Shown here one piece after another: positions 25,987-36,973 of a DNA stretch of 64,000 bases. Every line of letters starts with the position of its first letter. The first letter of the stretch is position 1. The position numbers and the translations under genes were made by a program. The notes beneath the pieces were generated by a model. That model ran no database searches. It saw nothing but the letters and a program-made list of their open reading frames with translations, and was not told the DNA's origin. Source of the stretch: Rhynchopus sp. YZ270_cl-10 (taxonomy: Eukaryota); the NCBI GenBank assembly GCA_964035575.1, contig OZ037842.1, forward strand, positions 124,001 to 188,000. Direction: 5' to 3'.

Positions 25987-27077
25987 TACTTAAACCGAGT
26001 CAAACCGAGTCTAAACCGAGTCTACACCGACTCCGCGGAGACTCGGTTTAGACTCGGCCCGACTCGGCCCGGATGCATTGTATGGTATAGGGGAAAACTC
26101 ACTTTGTGGGCGCCGCAAGCGCACGGTACGCGTCTTTCGGGATTTTTTTCTAGCCCCGTTCCGTGCGTTCCTTTGACTCAGCGAGTCGATTGCGTTCAAC
26201 GGTGGGTCACACATGGGCATGCAAGAGTGGAGGTGCGTCAACAGGGGGGGAGGAAAAACCTCAAGGTACAAAAATGTTTTTATACACCATCCCTAAAAAA
26301 AGGGTATTATTTAGCAGTTTGTTAGCATTTTGTTATCAGTGCAATTCGCTAGTTTCAGCCACACCAAATTTTTGGTATTTTTCCGAAAAAAGTATGTTCG
26401 CTGTTCTGGATCGCTCCAATCATTTCAAATAAAGCAGTTTTCGGGAATTTTTATTTTCACCGATGTTGGGTACCATGCGCCTGCGGCGCTGCCTGTTCAT
26501 ACCAGTTTCTACAAGCAAACACTTGTCCCCTTTACCTTACACTTGACGGGTTTCGACCAAAACCAAGAACTTGTCCATTTCGGCAAATTGACCCCACCAC
26601 ACAACGGGCGGATTCCGAAAATGCAAATGCCGGGTTTTTCGGGCATTTTCATGTTTTCAGCATCAGGGAGAGAAAATCTGAGTTGTGGGATTTACCTGGA
26701 CCCCTTTACCTTACACTCATTTTGACCAAAACCAAGAACTTTGCCATTTCAGCAAAGTGACCCCACCACAGCGCGGACGGATTCCGGAAATGCCAATCGC
26801 GGTATGTTTTGGAGAATGCACAAAAAGGTTACACGAAACCCACAACCAAATTACATCGAGAAAAAAACAAAAACAAAAACAAAAACAAAAAGGAACACGT
26901 GAACAATGAATGTGCATCTCTTCTCCACCTCTCATGCACACATCTAAAAACACCTTGAAATCACGAACATGCAGATGCAATAAACTAAAGGGTGGGGGTG
27001 TAAAATGGATACTTCTTTGAAGCGATAAAACGTTAAAACAACACAGATTTTCACAAAAAAAAACCACCTTTGTCAAT

Positions 27078-27872
27078 TTAGTCCTCCTTCGTCTTCTGCG
27101 CGCTGAACATCCAACTGCCGGCGTGGATCCCGGTCACTGAGGAGGAACCTGGCCCTCCACAGGGTTCATCATTGTCCTTATAGCAGCGATAGAAACAGTC
27201 TTCATCGGGGAGTTGGCGCAGGGTAAGCGAGTTGCCGCAGTGGCAGTGGGTGCCTTCGTAGATCCCTGCGTACTCATAGCCCGAGAGAGCGCAGGAGGCC
27301 AGGCATAAGGGGTACGCGCTGTCTTTTGGGACTACGAGTAAGACGTGTTGAAGCGCGCCTTCAAAGCATCCTGGTACATCCGGGGTAGGCGTGGGTGCTG
27401 GCGTGGGTGCTGGTGGAGGGGTTGGAGGGATGCACGCTGTGCCTGCCGTCCACTTCTTCCGGTGTCTCGCAGACCCGACTGAGAGCGTCTCGTCGTCGTG
27501 CATGGTAAGGAAGTTGTACACGCCATTCGTGTTCGGGTAAGTCCCTGTGCTCCACTTCGCCACACCACCCTTCTCGTAGATGACGAAGTTGCCGTCCGTC
27601 TGCATCACCGCCGCGTCCACGTCTGCGCTGTTCTGTGCCACAGTGTCAGAGGCCCAGAGCACGTTCACAATACCGCTGGCGTTGCGTGCATAGTACACAA
27701 GGTTCCCGTCTGTCTGGAACGTCAGCCACAACAGTTGGCCATTGCACGAGCTTGTCGTAAAGAGGGTCGTGCGAGGCAACAGCTGTTGGCCCCAGTGAAC
27801 CTTAAGATCAAGAGCGTCAGTCACATCAACACTCACAAGGAGCAACGGAGCTAACAGCTGAAACGCACGCAT
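27078..27872 (-). CDS. B-lectin + WSC protein, copy 6
   Basis: Same motifs; WSC domain closest to copy 4. Confidence 0.9.
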   Translation of the reverse strand: MRAFQLLAPLLLVSVDVTDALDLKVHWGQQLLPRTTLFTTSSCNGQLLWLTFQTDGNLVYYARNASGIVNVLWASDTVAQNSADVDAAVMQTDGNFVIYEKGGVAKWSTGTYPNTNGVYNFLTMHDDETLSVGSARHRKKWTAGTACIPPTPPPAPTPAPTPTPDVPGCFEGALQHVLLVVPKDSAYPLCLASCALSGYEYAGIYEGTHCHCGNSLTLRQLPDEDCFYRCYKDNDEPCGGPGSSSVTGIHAGSWMFSAQKTKED

Positions 27873-28447
27873 TTTGGTTGGTGATATTTTCTGTTTTGTC
27901 TCTCAAGTTGAAAACCCTCCTGGTGATGAATATTACGCTTCTCGTGTATACACACCTCTGAAAAGATGACTTTGGAAATACAAAGCCCTCTCGTGAAAAA
28001 GTGTGCCTTGGTACGTGACCAGTACACCGTGGGTGGATCCGAACCATGACGATTTGGATACCTGTTGAGTGTTTGCATCTGGGAAAACTAATTTCATATT
28101 CATTCCGTTCAACGAAGAGAAAGCAGGGGAGGGGAAATCATCAACTGTGAAGAGAAAATCGAGAGAGAAAGAAGGAACAAGAAAGTTGGTGGGTAATGAC
28201 GCTAAGCCTCGTGTTGCCAAGAATCACCAGATTACTTCATTGCGCTTTCAAAAAACGCGCGAAACCACCAAAGAGAAAGCTGGAGGAATGCACCGCACTG
28301 CTGTGCTGTGCATCCTCAGATAAAGAAATATGAATGCAAATTAGATCTGCCGAAGTAGCCGCATGTAAGAAAGAAATGAAGATATCCGAAAGATGGCTTT
28401 CGAGCAAAAACGACTGCAGACAAGATCCGGTATAAAAAAACAAAATT

Positions 28448-29602
28448 TGGGGAGATCCGGGTGCCCGCAACAACAATATTCACAAGCAATCACAAAAAAA
28501 AAATCCTCTTCACAAAAAATCACAAACAATCACAAACAAAAAATCTTATTCACACAAAATCACAAAAAATAAATCCTATTCACAAAAAATCACAAACAAT
28601 CACAAAAAAAAAATCCTATTCGCAAAAAAACACAAACGATCACAAAAAATCACAAAAATCACAAAAAATCACAAAAAAAAAATCCTATTCACAAACAATC
28701 ACAAAAAATCACAAACAAAAAATCTTATTCACAAAAAATCACACAAAATCACAAAAAATAAATCCTATTCACAAAAAATCACAAACAATCACAAAAAATC
28801 ACAAAAAATCACATCCACTTTTTGTGATTTTTTGTGATTTTTTGTGATTGCTTGTGATTTTTTGTGAATAGGATTTATTTTTTTGTGATTTTCATAGATG
28901 GTAGTCGGCCCGAGTCGGGCCGAGTTTTTGGAAAATCTGGGAGTCGGGCCGACTCGGGCCGACTTTTTTTAATTTTTTTTTTTTTTTCAAAAGTCGGGCC
29001 GACTCGGGCCGAGTCGAAAAAAATTTAAAAAAAAAAAAAAAAGTCGGCCCGAGTCGAAAAAAAAACTCGGCCCGAGTCGGCCCGAGTCAGCCCGACTCGG
29101 GTCCCGTCGGCCCCCCCACAGTAAAATCTTTTCCAAAAAAAAAAAAAACCAAAAAAAAACAAAACAAAAAAAAAAACCCCAAAAAAAAAAAACCAAAAAA
29201 AATTCGACTCGGCCCGACTCGGGCCGACTTTTTTTTGAGTCGGGCCGAGTTTTTTCGACTCGGCCCGACTCGGGCCGACCCTGAAAAAAAAATTTTTGAA
29301 AAAAAAAATAACGAAAAGTGGTCGGCCCGAGTCGGCCCGACTCGGCCCGACTACCATCTATGAATGATTTTGTGTGATTTTTTGTGAATAAGATTTTTTG
29401 TTTGTGATTTTTTGTGATTTTTTGTGAATAGGATTTTTTTTTTTGTGATTTTTTGTGATTTTTGTGATTTTTTGTGATTTGTTGTGAATAGAATTTTTTT
29501 TTTGTGATTTTTTGTATTTATTTTGTGTGATTTTGTGTGATTTGTTGTGATTTGTTGTGATTTTTTGTGAATATTGTTGTTGCGGGCACCCGGATCTCCC
29601 CA
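28448..29602. mobile_element. Foldback-type element, TG..CA ends
   Basis: TIR TGGGGAGATCCGGGTGCCCGCAACAACAATATTCACAA; arms of ATCACAAAAA-like repeats that invert at about 28815; absent from sister units. Confidence 0.88.
28893..29362. mobile_element. CAT..ATG element nested in the foldback arm
   Basis: TIR CATAGATGGTAGTCGG; internal CGGCCCGAGT/ACTCGGGCCG repeats; duplicated flank TGATT(TT), exact TSD length ambiguous. Confidence 0.82.
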
Positions 29603-30671
29603 CAAAAGAAAATATTTAGACATGAAATGTGCTTCGGTGACACGCACGTCTACTGTAGAATAAGAAAGCAAAGCTTGGGTAGTGAAAGAAACTAAAAGGC
29701 GAATCTCTTCCCCGCGGAGCTCAAAGACAGTCTTGAATAGATGAAAGACACCACGAAAAACAGAAAGAAAAGAAACAGAAAACAGCAAACATCCTATATG
29801 TCATGACGTTATTAACACGTTACTTGAAACCTTAACACGTTATTAGGGGAACGCCATAACACATATTGTTTGAGCAAAATCGGGAAACCTGGGTAAATAA
29901 AATACGCTCGTGCCGTGAGCACTTTACTAGGGAAGGAACAGGATCAGGGAGGGAGGGGTTGGGTTGGGTGGGAACCCGGTTGGTGGGTATGCCGGATCCC
30001 GTAATCTGTGGGTGGGGGGAAGGTGGCTTCGCAATAAAGTTAAAATAAAAGCAAAGTGAAAATGAACGCACTTCGAATGCCATACTGGACAGGATGCCAT
30101 ACAAACAAAAACATATAAGATGCTATGAAGCCTCTCGTGCTAAGCTATCTGTATAAAAAGACCACACAGTGACACTATAAACAAAATATACTATAAAAAG
30201 GATACACGACAAAAAGAGATTCAATCATTCAATGTGATGACCATCACAATGATTGGGTCTTTTCTTTGTGGCGAAACAAAAAAGTGGAAAAGGTGTGAAA
30301 CTGCATTTAGTGTTGTGTGTGAATCAAACACTCAATTCTAAAGCATGCATTTTTTCCGTTTTGTTTGCCCAAAAGCGCTGCCTCCAATCTTTTTAGTAAT
30401 GACAACTAAAAAATGTTGTTGTGTGAAACAAAACTGCACAAAAAGTGTACACAAAATCCACAACCAAATTACACCGAGAAAAAAACAAAAACAAAAAGGA
30501 ACACGTGTGCATCTCTTCTCCTCTCTCATGCACACACATCTAGAAACACCTTGAAAGCACGAACATGCAGATGCAATAAACTAAAGGGTGGGGGTGTAAA
30601 ATGGATACTTCTTTGAAGCGATAAAACGTTAAAACAACACAGCTTTTCACAAAAAAACCACCTTTGTCAAT

Positions 30672-31460
30672 TCAGTCTTGTTTCGTCTTCGATGCGCTGA
30701 AGACCTCACTGTCGCCGCCGCGGACGTGGAACACAGTGGAGGCGTCTGGCCCTCCACATTGCTCTTGGCTACTCCAGCAGCGATTCGAACAGTCTTCATC
30801 GGGGAGTGGCAGGCCGAGCGAGTTGCCACAGTAGCACTGGTCGCCTCGGTAGATGCCTGCGTACATATAGAGGCTGTGCCCGCAGGAGGACTGGCATGCG
30901 AAGATCTCGTCGACAAACGAATCGAATATGAAGTGATCATAGTGTTCAAGCATGCCTGCGTAGCACCCCGGCAAATCAATGAGAGGGATAATCGGCGTCG
31001 GTGCTGGTGTAGGGATGCACGATATGCCTGCCGTCCACTTCTTCGGGTGGCTCGAAGACCCCACTGACAGCGTCTCGTCGTCGTGCAGGGTAAGGAAGTT
31101 GGACTCGCCATTCGTGTTCGGGTACGTCCCTGAGTCCCACTTCGCCACACCACCCTTCTCGTAGACAACGAAGTTGCCGTCCGTCTGCATCACCGCCGCG
31201 TCCACGTCTGCGCTGTTCTGTGCCACAGTGTCAGAGGACCAGATCACGCTCACAACACCAATGGGGTTGCGTGTATAGTACACAAGGTTCCCGTCCGTCT
31301 GGAACGTCAGCCACATCAGTTGGCCAGTGCACGAGCTTGTCGTCGTGATTGTCGTGCCAGGGCTCAGCCGTTCGCCAGGGTTCAAGTATTTATCCCCAAC
31401 AGCGTCAGCCACATCAACACCCACAAGGAGAAACGGAGCTAACAGCTGAAACGCACGCAT
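30672..31460 (-). CDS. B-lectin + WSC protein, copy 7
   Basis: Same motifs; ends SKTKQD. Confidence 0.9.
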   Translation of the reverse strand: MRAFQLLAPFLLVGVDVADAVGDKYLNPGERLSPGTTITTTSSCTGQLMWLTFQTDGNLVYYTRNPIGVVSVIWSSDTVAQNSADVDAAVMQTDGNFVVYEKGGVAKWDSGTYPNTNGESNFLTLHDDETLSVGSSSHPKKWTAGISCIPTPAPTPIIPLIDLPGCYAGMLEHYDHFIFDSFVDEIFACQSSCGHSLYMYAGIYRGDQCYCGNSLGLPLPDEDCSNRCWSSQEQCGGPDASTVFHVRGGDSEVFSASKTKQD

Positions 31461-31798
31461 TTCAGTTGGTGTTGTTTTCTTTTTTGTCTCTCAAGTTGAA
31501 AAACGTCCTGGTGAGGGATTGTTATGGAATAGGGGAGGGAAAGAGACGGGAGATGCGGGACATTAGGAATCTGTATCAAGTTGTATCACAGCCGCTCTGC
31601 TGTTCTTTGTGGTCATTGTGTATCAAAATCACCACACCCCTGAGCGAGACTGAAGAAAAAAAAACGGGTGAAAAAAGCCACGATTTCACACAAACAAACG
31701 TTCTGTTCTTCTACGTTTCCTTACTAGTAATTCTCTGAAAAAACTTCCGTTTTTCCCCCATCCCTCCCCCCTTCAAGAACAAGACAAACACCACCCAC

Positions 31799-32776
31799 TC
31801 AACCCACTTCTGGGACATCCTTTTCGTACGGAACGAACAGCGAACAAAGTCCTAGAAACACAACGTACCCCACAACATCTGTCAGTGTTGTGAGCACGGG
31901 GCCGACACTGACAACTGGATCGACCCCAAAGCGTGCGAGGACAAGAGGTATCGCTGTACCGCCTAGCGCAGACCAGAGAAAAATGATGAAAAGCGAGACA
32001 CCAGTCATGACACCTGCTATGGGCTCTTCGTACCAGCCTGCGACTGTTCCGAAGAGGATGGCAAAGAAGACACCACAGCCTGAACATATTATGACCTCCC
32101 GCACCACATGAGACATTGCAGAGCAGTCGGGAAAGAGACGACGCAAGGACATTGCTTCTATCACTGCGGTGCCCACCTGAAGACCTGCGTTTCCCCCCAT
32201 GGCTCCACAGACCGGCATGAGGGCAGGCGCCCACGCGATGTGCGACGTCGCGTTTTGAAATTTATCGACAACCGCAACAGAAAGAAGCGTAGAACAGAAG
32301 GTAATAAGCAACCATATCGTCCTCTGCTTTGCCGTGTCCCAGAGCTTCGCTTGCGATGCTGTGTCGTCAACCTTCTCTTCAGTGCTTAATGCGGTGGCCA
32401 GGGCATTTGCTCCTACTGCACCGATCATTTGACCATCACTACCTACAACAGGAATTGGCCCAGGGGGAAGCGGCGCAATCCGATTCACAAACGCCTGCAC
32501 TGCAATAAAGGGGTCGGTTGGTGTCAGGAGGTCCACCTGGTACGCCTTCGTAACAGAGCCGACTGTGTCTTGGCGGTCTGCATAGAAGAGGTCGGACGTT
32601 GCGACATACCCTACTGGACGGTGCTCCGCATTCACTACAATGCAGTATACGGGACGGCCGTTCTCTGATATATCACCCAACGCAGTGTCGACAGTGCATT
32701 CCTCCTTCAGCACAACTCTTGGTTGCACCAAAATATCCTCCAGTTGAACGGCATCTGAATAATCCATATGCCATGT
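31799..32776 (-). CDS. mgtE: MgtE-family Mg2+ transporter (CBS pair + membrane domain), probably the terminal exon
   Basis: CBS-like repeats, then P...GAMGGNAGLQ and GVDPVVSVGPVLTTLTDVVG, matching MgtE GGNxGxQ and DPA..SGP.ITT..D motifs; pyrimidine tract + CAG immediately upstream of 32776. Confidence 0.88.
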   Translation of the reverse strand, partial: TWHMDYSDAVQLEDILVQPRVVLKEECTVDTALGDISENGRPVYCIVVNAEHRPVGYVATSDLFYADRQDTVGSVTKAYQVDLLTPTDPFIAVQAFVNRIAPLPPGPIPVVGSDGQMIGAVGANALATALSTEEKVDDTASQAKLWDTAKQRTIWLLITFCSTLLSVAVVDKFQNATSHIAWAPALMPVCGAMGGNAGLQVGTAVIEAMSLRRLFPDCSAMSHVVREVIICSGCGVFFAILFGTVAGWYEEPIAGVMTGVSLFIIFLWSALGGTAIPLVLARFGVDPVVSVGPVLTTLTDVVGYVVFLGLCSLFVPYEKDVPEVG

Positions 32777-33042
32777 CTGAGGGGTACAGGGTTAAGGGTT
32801 TAAGGAGGGATTGAAGAAAGGAGGGGCAATCCGAATGCGTAGACTACGACTCTGCTGTGACAGAGTGTTACTTAGATGGAGAAGAAGGTGGCTCACAGAA
32901 GCTCCAATCATATGATATGGGTCAGGAAGGTGAGAAACGAAGTGGCCAGTCATACTTTTCCCCAACACCCAGAACCGCAAAAGTGTGTTCAAAATGCTTT
33001 CTATTCATTTCAATGAATCATGAGGCGACAAAAAAAAGGTCC

Positions 33043-33076
<34 letters not shown>

Positions 33077-34491
33077 GTGTTTAGCTTAGAGAAAGGGGGG
33101 AGGGGAGGAAGGGGAAAAAGAAAGGGATGAAAAAATCGTGGAAAAGATGGGTGAGAAAAACAGCGGATCTCCCACCCCCCGCAACTCGAGGAAAAGGGTG
33201 CAGCATATCATGACAAAAGGATAGGGGTGTGCTTTTGTAGTATGGCCTGTCACCTTTTGCCGTAAGAGAGGGGGAGGTGAGGTTGAGCTGTATACAGAAA
33301 CCCACATCCCTCGTTGTTTTTTTTGTTTTTTTTTTTTTGTTTTTTTGTTGTTTTTTTTTTTGTCGACAATCACCTCAGTACCCACCTTAGTGGTCTATAC
33401 TCAATGGGGTGGGGGGGTTAAAAACACATTTTGTATTTTTTGGTTTATTTGCACTGTGATATTATTTTTTGTTTTTTGTTTTTTTTGAAAGCTTAGTTAT
33501 GAAGTGCAAGCACCCGAAGCTGTTCGGCACTAAAATGTTATTCCGCTTTTCGCAGTACACCTGAAGACTAAGAATATCACGGACACACTTTTATATTCTT
33601 TTTATCATACACGCATAGGGTTTGGCTCCGTGAAGCCAGAGATGACAGCCACGTTGATCTACTGTAGGACATCTCTCTTGTGCACAAAAAATAAATAAAT
33701 AGGTGTCAGTTGAGTTACAGTTGAATTCAATCATTTCAACACAATATCCTTACATTGACACTAATGTTTGTATTGATATTGTGGAATCTGGCTCAACAGT
33801 GTAGCGTTTCCATTTTTTTTTTTTTTGAATCTGGCCTAATTTAGCCAGCCTAGCGGAGGGGCATAAAAACCTTTTGGGGAACAAAAAAATTCCTCATTTT
33901 TTGTGGCAAAAAAGAAATACGACACAGCAACCTCGTCCCGAAGGGAACGTCTGGCCCATTTTTTTTCTAGGTGACCTCCTCCCTTCTTTGATACCACGTA
34001 ACTCTGCGGTAGAAAGAAAGGGAAACGGTTATTTAGAGAAAATAAGGGGTTGAAATAGGGGTGCGTTTGGTGGTGATATATGCCCGGATCGTTCAAGAAA
34101 AAGTGGGTAAGATGATACTGTACTTAGCAGTGTAGTCACCTCAACGATCGAAGGAAAATGAGACATTTTTGAGGAAAAAAAAAGTTGTCTTTAAAAAAAA
34201 AAAGGGGCCTCTGACTTTTTGTCCACTCTTCATCAGAAGTACACAAAGCACAGAATTGATGAGAGCAGGGTTGGTCAAAGAAAAATAAAAAGGGGAAAAA
34301 AAAACTTAAAGGGGGGGTCCAAATAACTATATTATTCGGTAACTTTGAAAAGCCAAAATCGCGGCAAAAAAAAAAAGTTATTTGGAATTTTGGTGTGGCC
34401 CGCCCCTCGATTTAACCCACTTTTGGGCCATTCTTGGGCCATTCTTGAGCCGTGTTTTTTTAGGTGTATTTTTTAATTTTTTTGCCCTTTA

Positions 34492-34917
34492 CACACAGTA
34501 TACACAGTATACACAGTATACACAGTATACACAGTATACACAGTATACACAGTATACACAGTATACACAGTATACACAGTATACACAGTATACACAGTAT
34601 ACACAGTATACACAGTATACACAGTATACACAGTATACACAGTATACACAGTATACACAGTATACACAGTATACACAGTATACACAGTATACACAGTATA
34701 CACAGTATACACAGTATACACAGTATACACAGTATACACAGTATACACAGTATACACAGTATACACAGTATACACAGTATACACAGTATACACAGTATAC
34801 ACAGTATACACAGTATACACAGTATACACAGTATACACAGTATACACAGTATACACAGTATACACAGTATACACAGTATACACAGTATACACAGTATACA
34901 CAGTATACAGTATACAC
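34492..34917. repeat. (TATACACAG)n tract
   Basis: Read directly. Confidence 0.97.
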
Positions 34918-34930
34918 GGGGGATTGGGAG

Positions 34931-35305
34931 TACAGTACAGTACAGTACAGTACAGTACAGTACAGTACAGTACAGTACAGTACAGTACAGTACAGTACAG
35001 TACAGTACAGTACAGTACAGTACAGTACAGTACAGTACAGTACAGTACAGTACAGTACAGTACAGTACAGTACAGTACAGTACAGTACAGTACAGTACAG
35101 TACAGTACAGTACAGTACAGTACAGTACAGTACAGTACAGTACAGTACAGTACAGTACAGTACAGTACAGTACAGTACAGTACAGTACAGTACAGTACAG
35201 TACAGTACAGTACAGTACAGTACAGTACAGTACAGTACAGTACAGTACAGTACAGTACAGTACAGTACAGTACAGTACAGTACAGTACAGTACAGTACAG
35301 TACAG
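34931..35305. repeat. (TACAG)n tract, 75 copies
   Basis: Read directly. Confidence 0.97.
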
Positions 35306-36535
35306 TGGGGGATTATTAAAGTGAAGTCGGCTAGGGAATTGTTGGTTCTCTCTTGGGGAGTAGTGGGTGTGGGCGGTGACGTTTCCGTTCTGGTCGGAAG
35401 GGAGATTGTTCAGTGCTTGGACCGGGATTTCTGCTTATTTTTGGTTGCTTGTATCTTGTCATGTTATTGAGCTCTTGAAGGCTTCTTTGGTAACGGTGTG
35501 GAGATCTCACATTATCGGTCCCTCACGGTTTTTGGCTTCCCGAATATCGGGAATAAAGTGACCAGCTGGACCAACTGTGGCACAGCAGTTAACAGGCTCA
35601 ACCCGATTATTCTGCCAGGGCACGCCATGTGCCCCCCCGAGGTGAACTGTCTGGCTCCTTGAAGCCAAGGAGGACTCAAGGTCAATCGGTTTCCCCCTTA
35701 GGGTATCCCTTCCCAGAAAACCCCGATTTTAGCCACCGTGTTGTGAATTATTCCTAACCGAAAGGTTCGGACCACCCCAAATTTCCCCTCCAGTCACTAT
35801 GCAGAGGTGCCTCCGGGTCAGACCTAGCGTGAAAACCACCCTAAAAAAAACACCGGGTAACAAATTAAAAAAGGGACCCCCCCTCGATTTAACCCACTTT
35901 TGGGCCATTCTTGGGCCATTCTTGAGACACGCAAAACCAGAAATCGGGCCACACCATGGAACCTAAGTTATTTGGGGGTAAACTTATTTGGGCACTGAAA
36001 ACAGGGTTTTTTCTCGTTGCCAACTTGGTGAAGCTTTTAGACACCGGTATTTGCATTTTTGGAATCTGTCCGGCCAGTGGTGGGGTCAATTTGCCAAAAT
36101 GGACAAGTTCTCGTTTTTGATCAATTTCCTCATAGTACACAGTAGCAGGACAGCACCAGAGGTCGGGGGTTGGGGGTACAAAAGTCGGGAGTCGGCGGGA
36201 GGGTCAACTCTTATTTTCTGTTTTCCTGTTTTGTAGTTTGGTAAAGACCCCAGAAGACCCGACCGCCCGAATGATGATGCTGCTTTAAATCTGTTTCGCC
36301 CCAGACTTCCTTCTCCAGCGTGGCTGCCGCCTAGATGATTATATCTGTGGTGTAAAAAACTAGCTTTTTACACCGTACCATAAAATTTTTTCGCCTGCGG
36401 CGCCATTTTATATAGTACACTATCAGTTTGGGGGAAACTTTTGAAAAATAAAAAAGGAGGTGAGAGGGGGCGAAGTTATTCGGTAACTTTTTCGGCACCC
36501 AAAATCTGAGGGAAAAAAAAGTTATTTGGGGAAAT

Positions 36536-36973
36536 TGGTGCTTCCCGGGGGGTATGCATTTCACAAATTTTCAATTCAATTCACAACTTTTCACCACCCT
36601 TTTTTTCTTCGTTGGTGAAGCTTTTAAATGCCGGCATTTGCATTTCCGGAATCCGTCCGGCCAGTGGTGGGGTCAATTTGCCGAAATGGACAAGTTCTCG
36701 TCATTTCCGCACAGTGCACAGTACACAGGTACACAGGTACACCACATCACGTTCTATCTTGTGAATCCCAGCATACCCCTCAATGGGTGGGTCACCACCC
36801 AACCCAAAAAAAACCCCCCCAAAAAAAAAAAATCAATTCACAACTTTTCACAATTTTTCACCATTTTTCACCAGCCTTCACAATTTTATAGCGGTTTTCG
36901 AGTTGTGAAAACTTGTGAAAACTTGTCACATTTTGTGAAAATTTGTGAAATGCATACCCCCCGGGAAGCACCA
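36536..36973. mobile_element. TIR element, TG..CA ends, 5-bp TSD
   Basis: TIR TGGTGCTTCCCGGGGGGTATGCATTTCACAAATTTTCA; GAAAT on both flanks. Confidence 0.88.

Larger units (their letters stand above)
4805..31510 (-). repeat. Tandem array of 7 units (2.6-4.9 kb), each spacer + lectin-WSC gene
   Basis: The block CTGGGAAAACTAATTTCATATTC recurs at 4805, 8174, 10779, 14516, 18858, 23144 and 28079, each time followed by homologous spacer and one paralog. Confidence 0.96.

Noticed and set aside
25190..26084. A single CATA..TATG element with GTATA TSD
   Set aside because: The two ends share only 4 nt and resemble different families; more likely two truncated ends.
4805..31510. CRISPR-like repeat/spacer array
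   Set aside because: Units are kilobases long and contain genes; no short regular repeats or cas genes.
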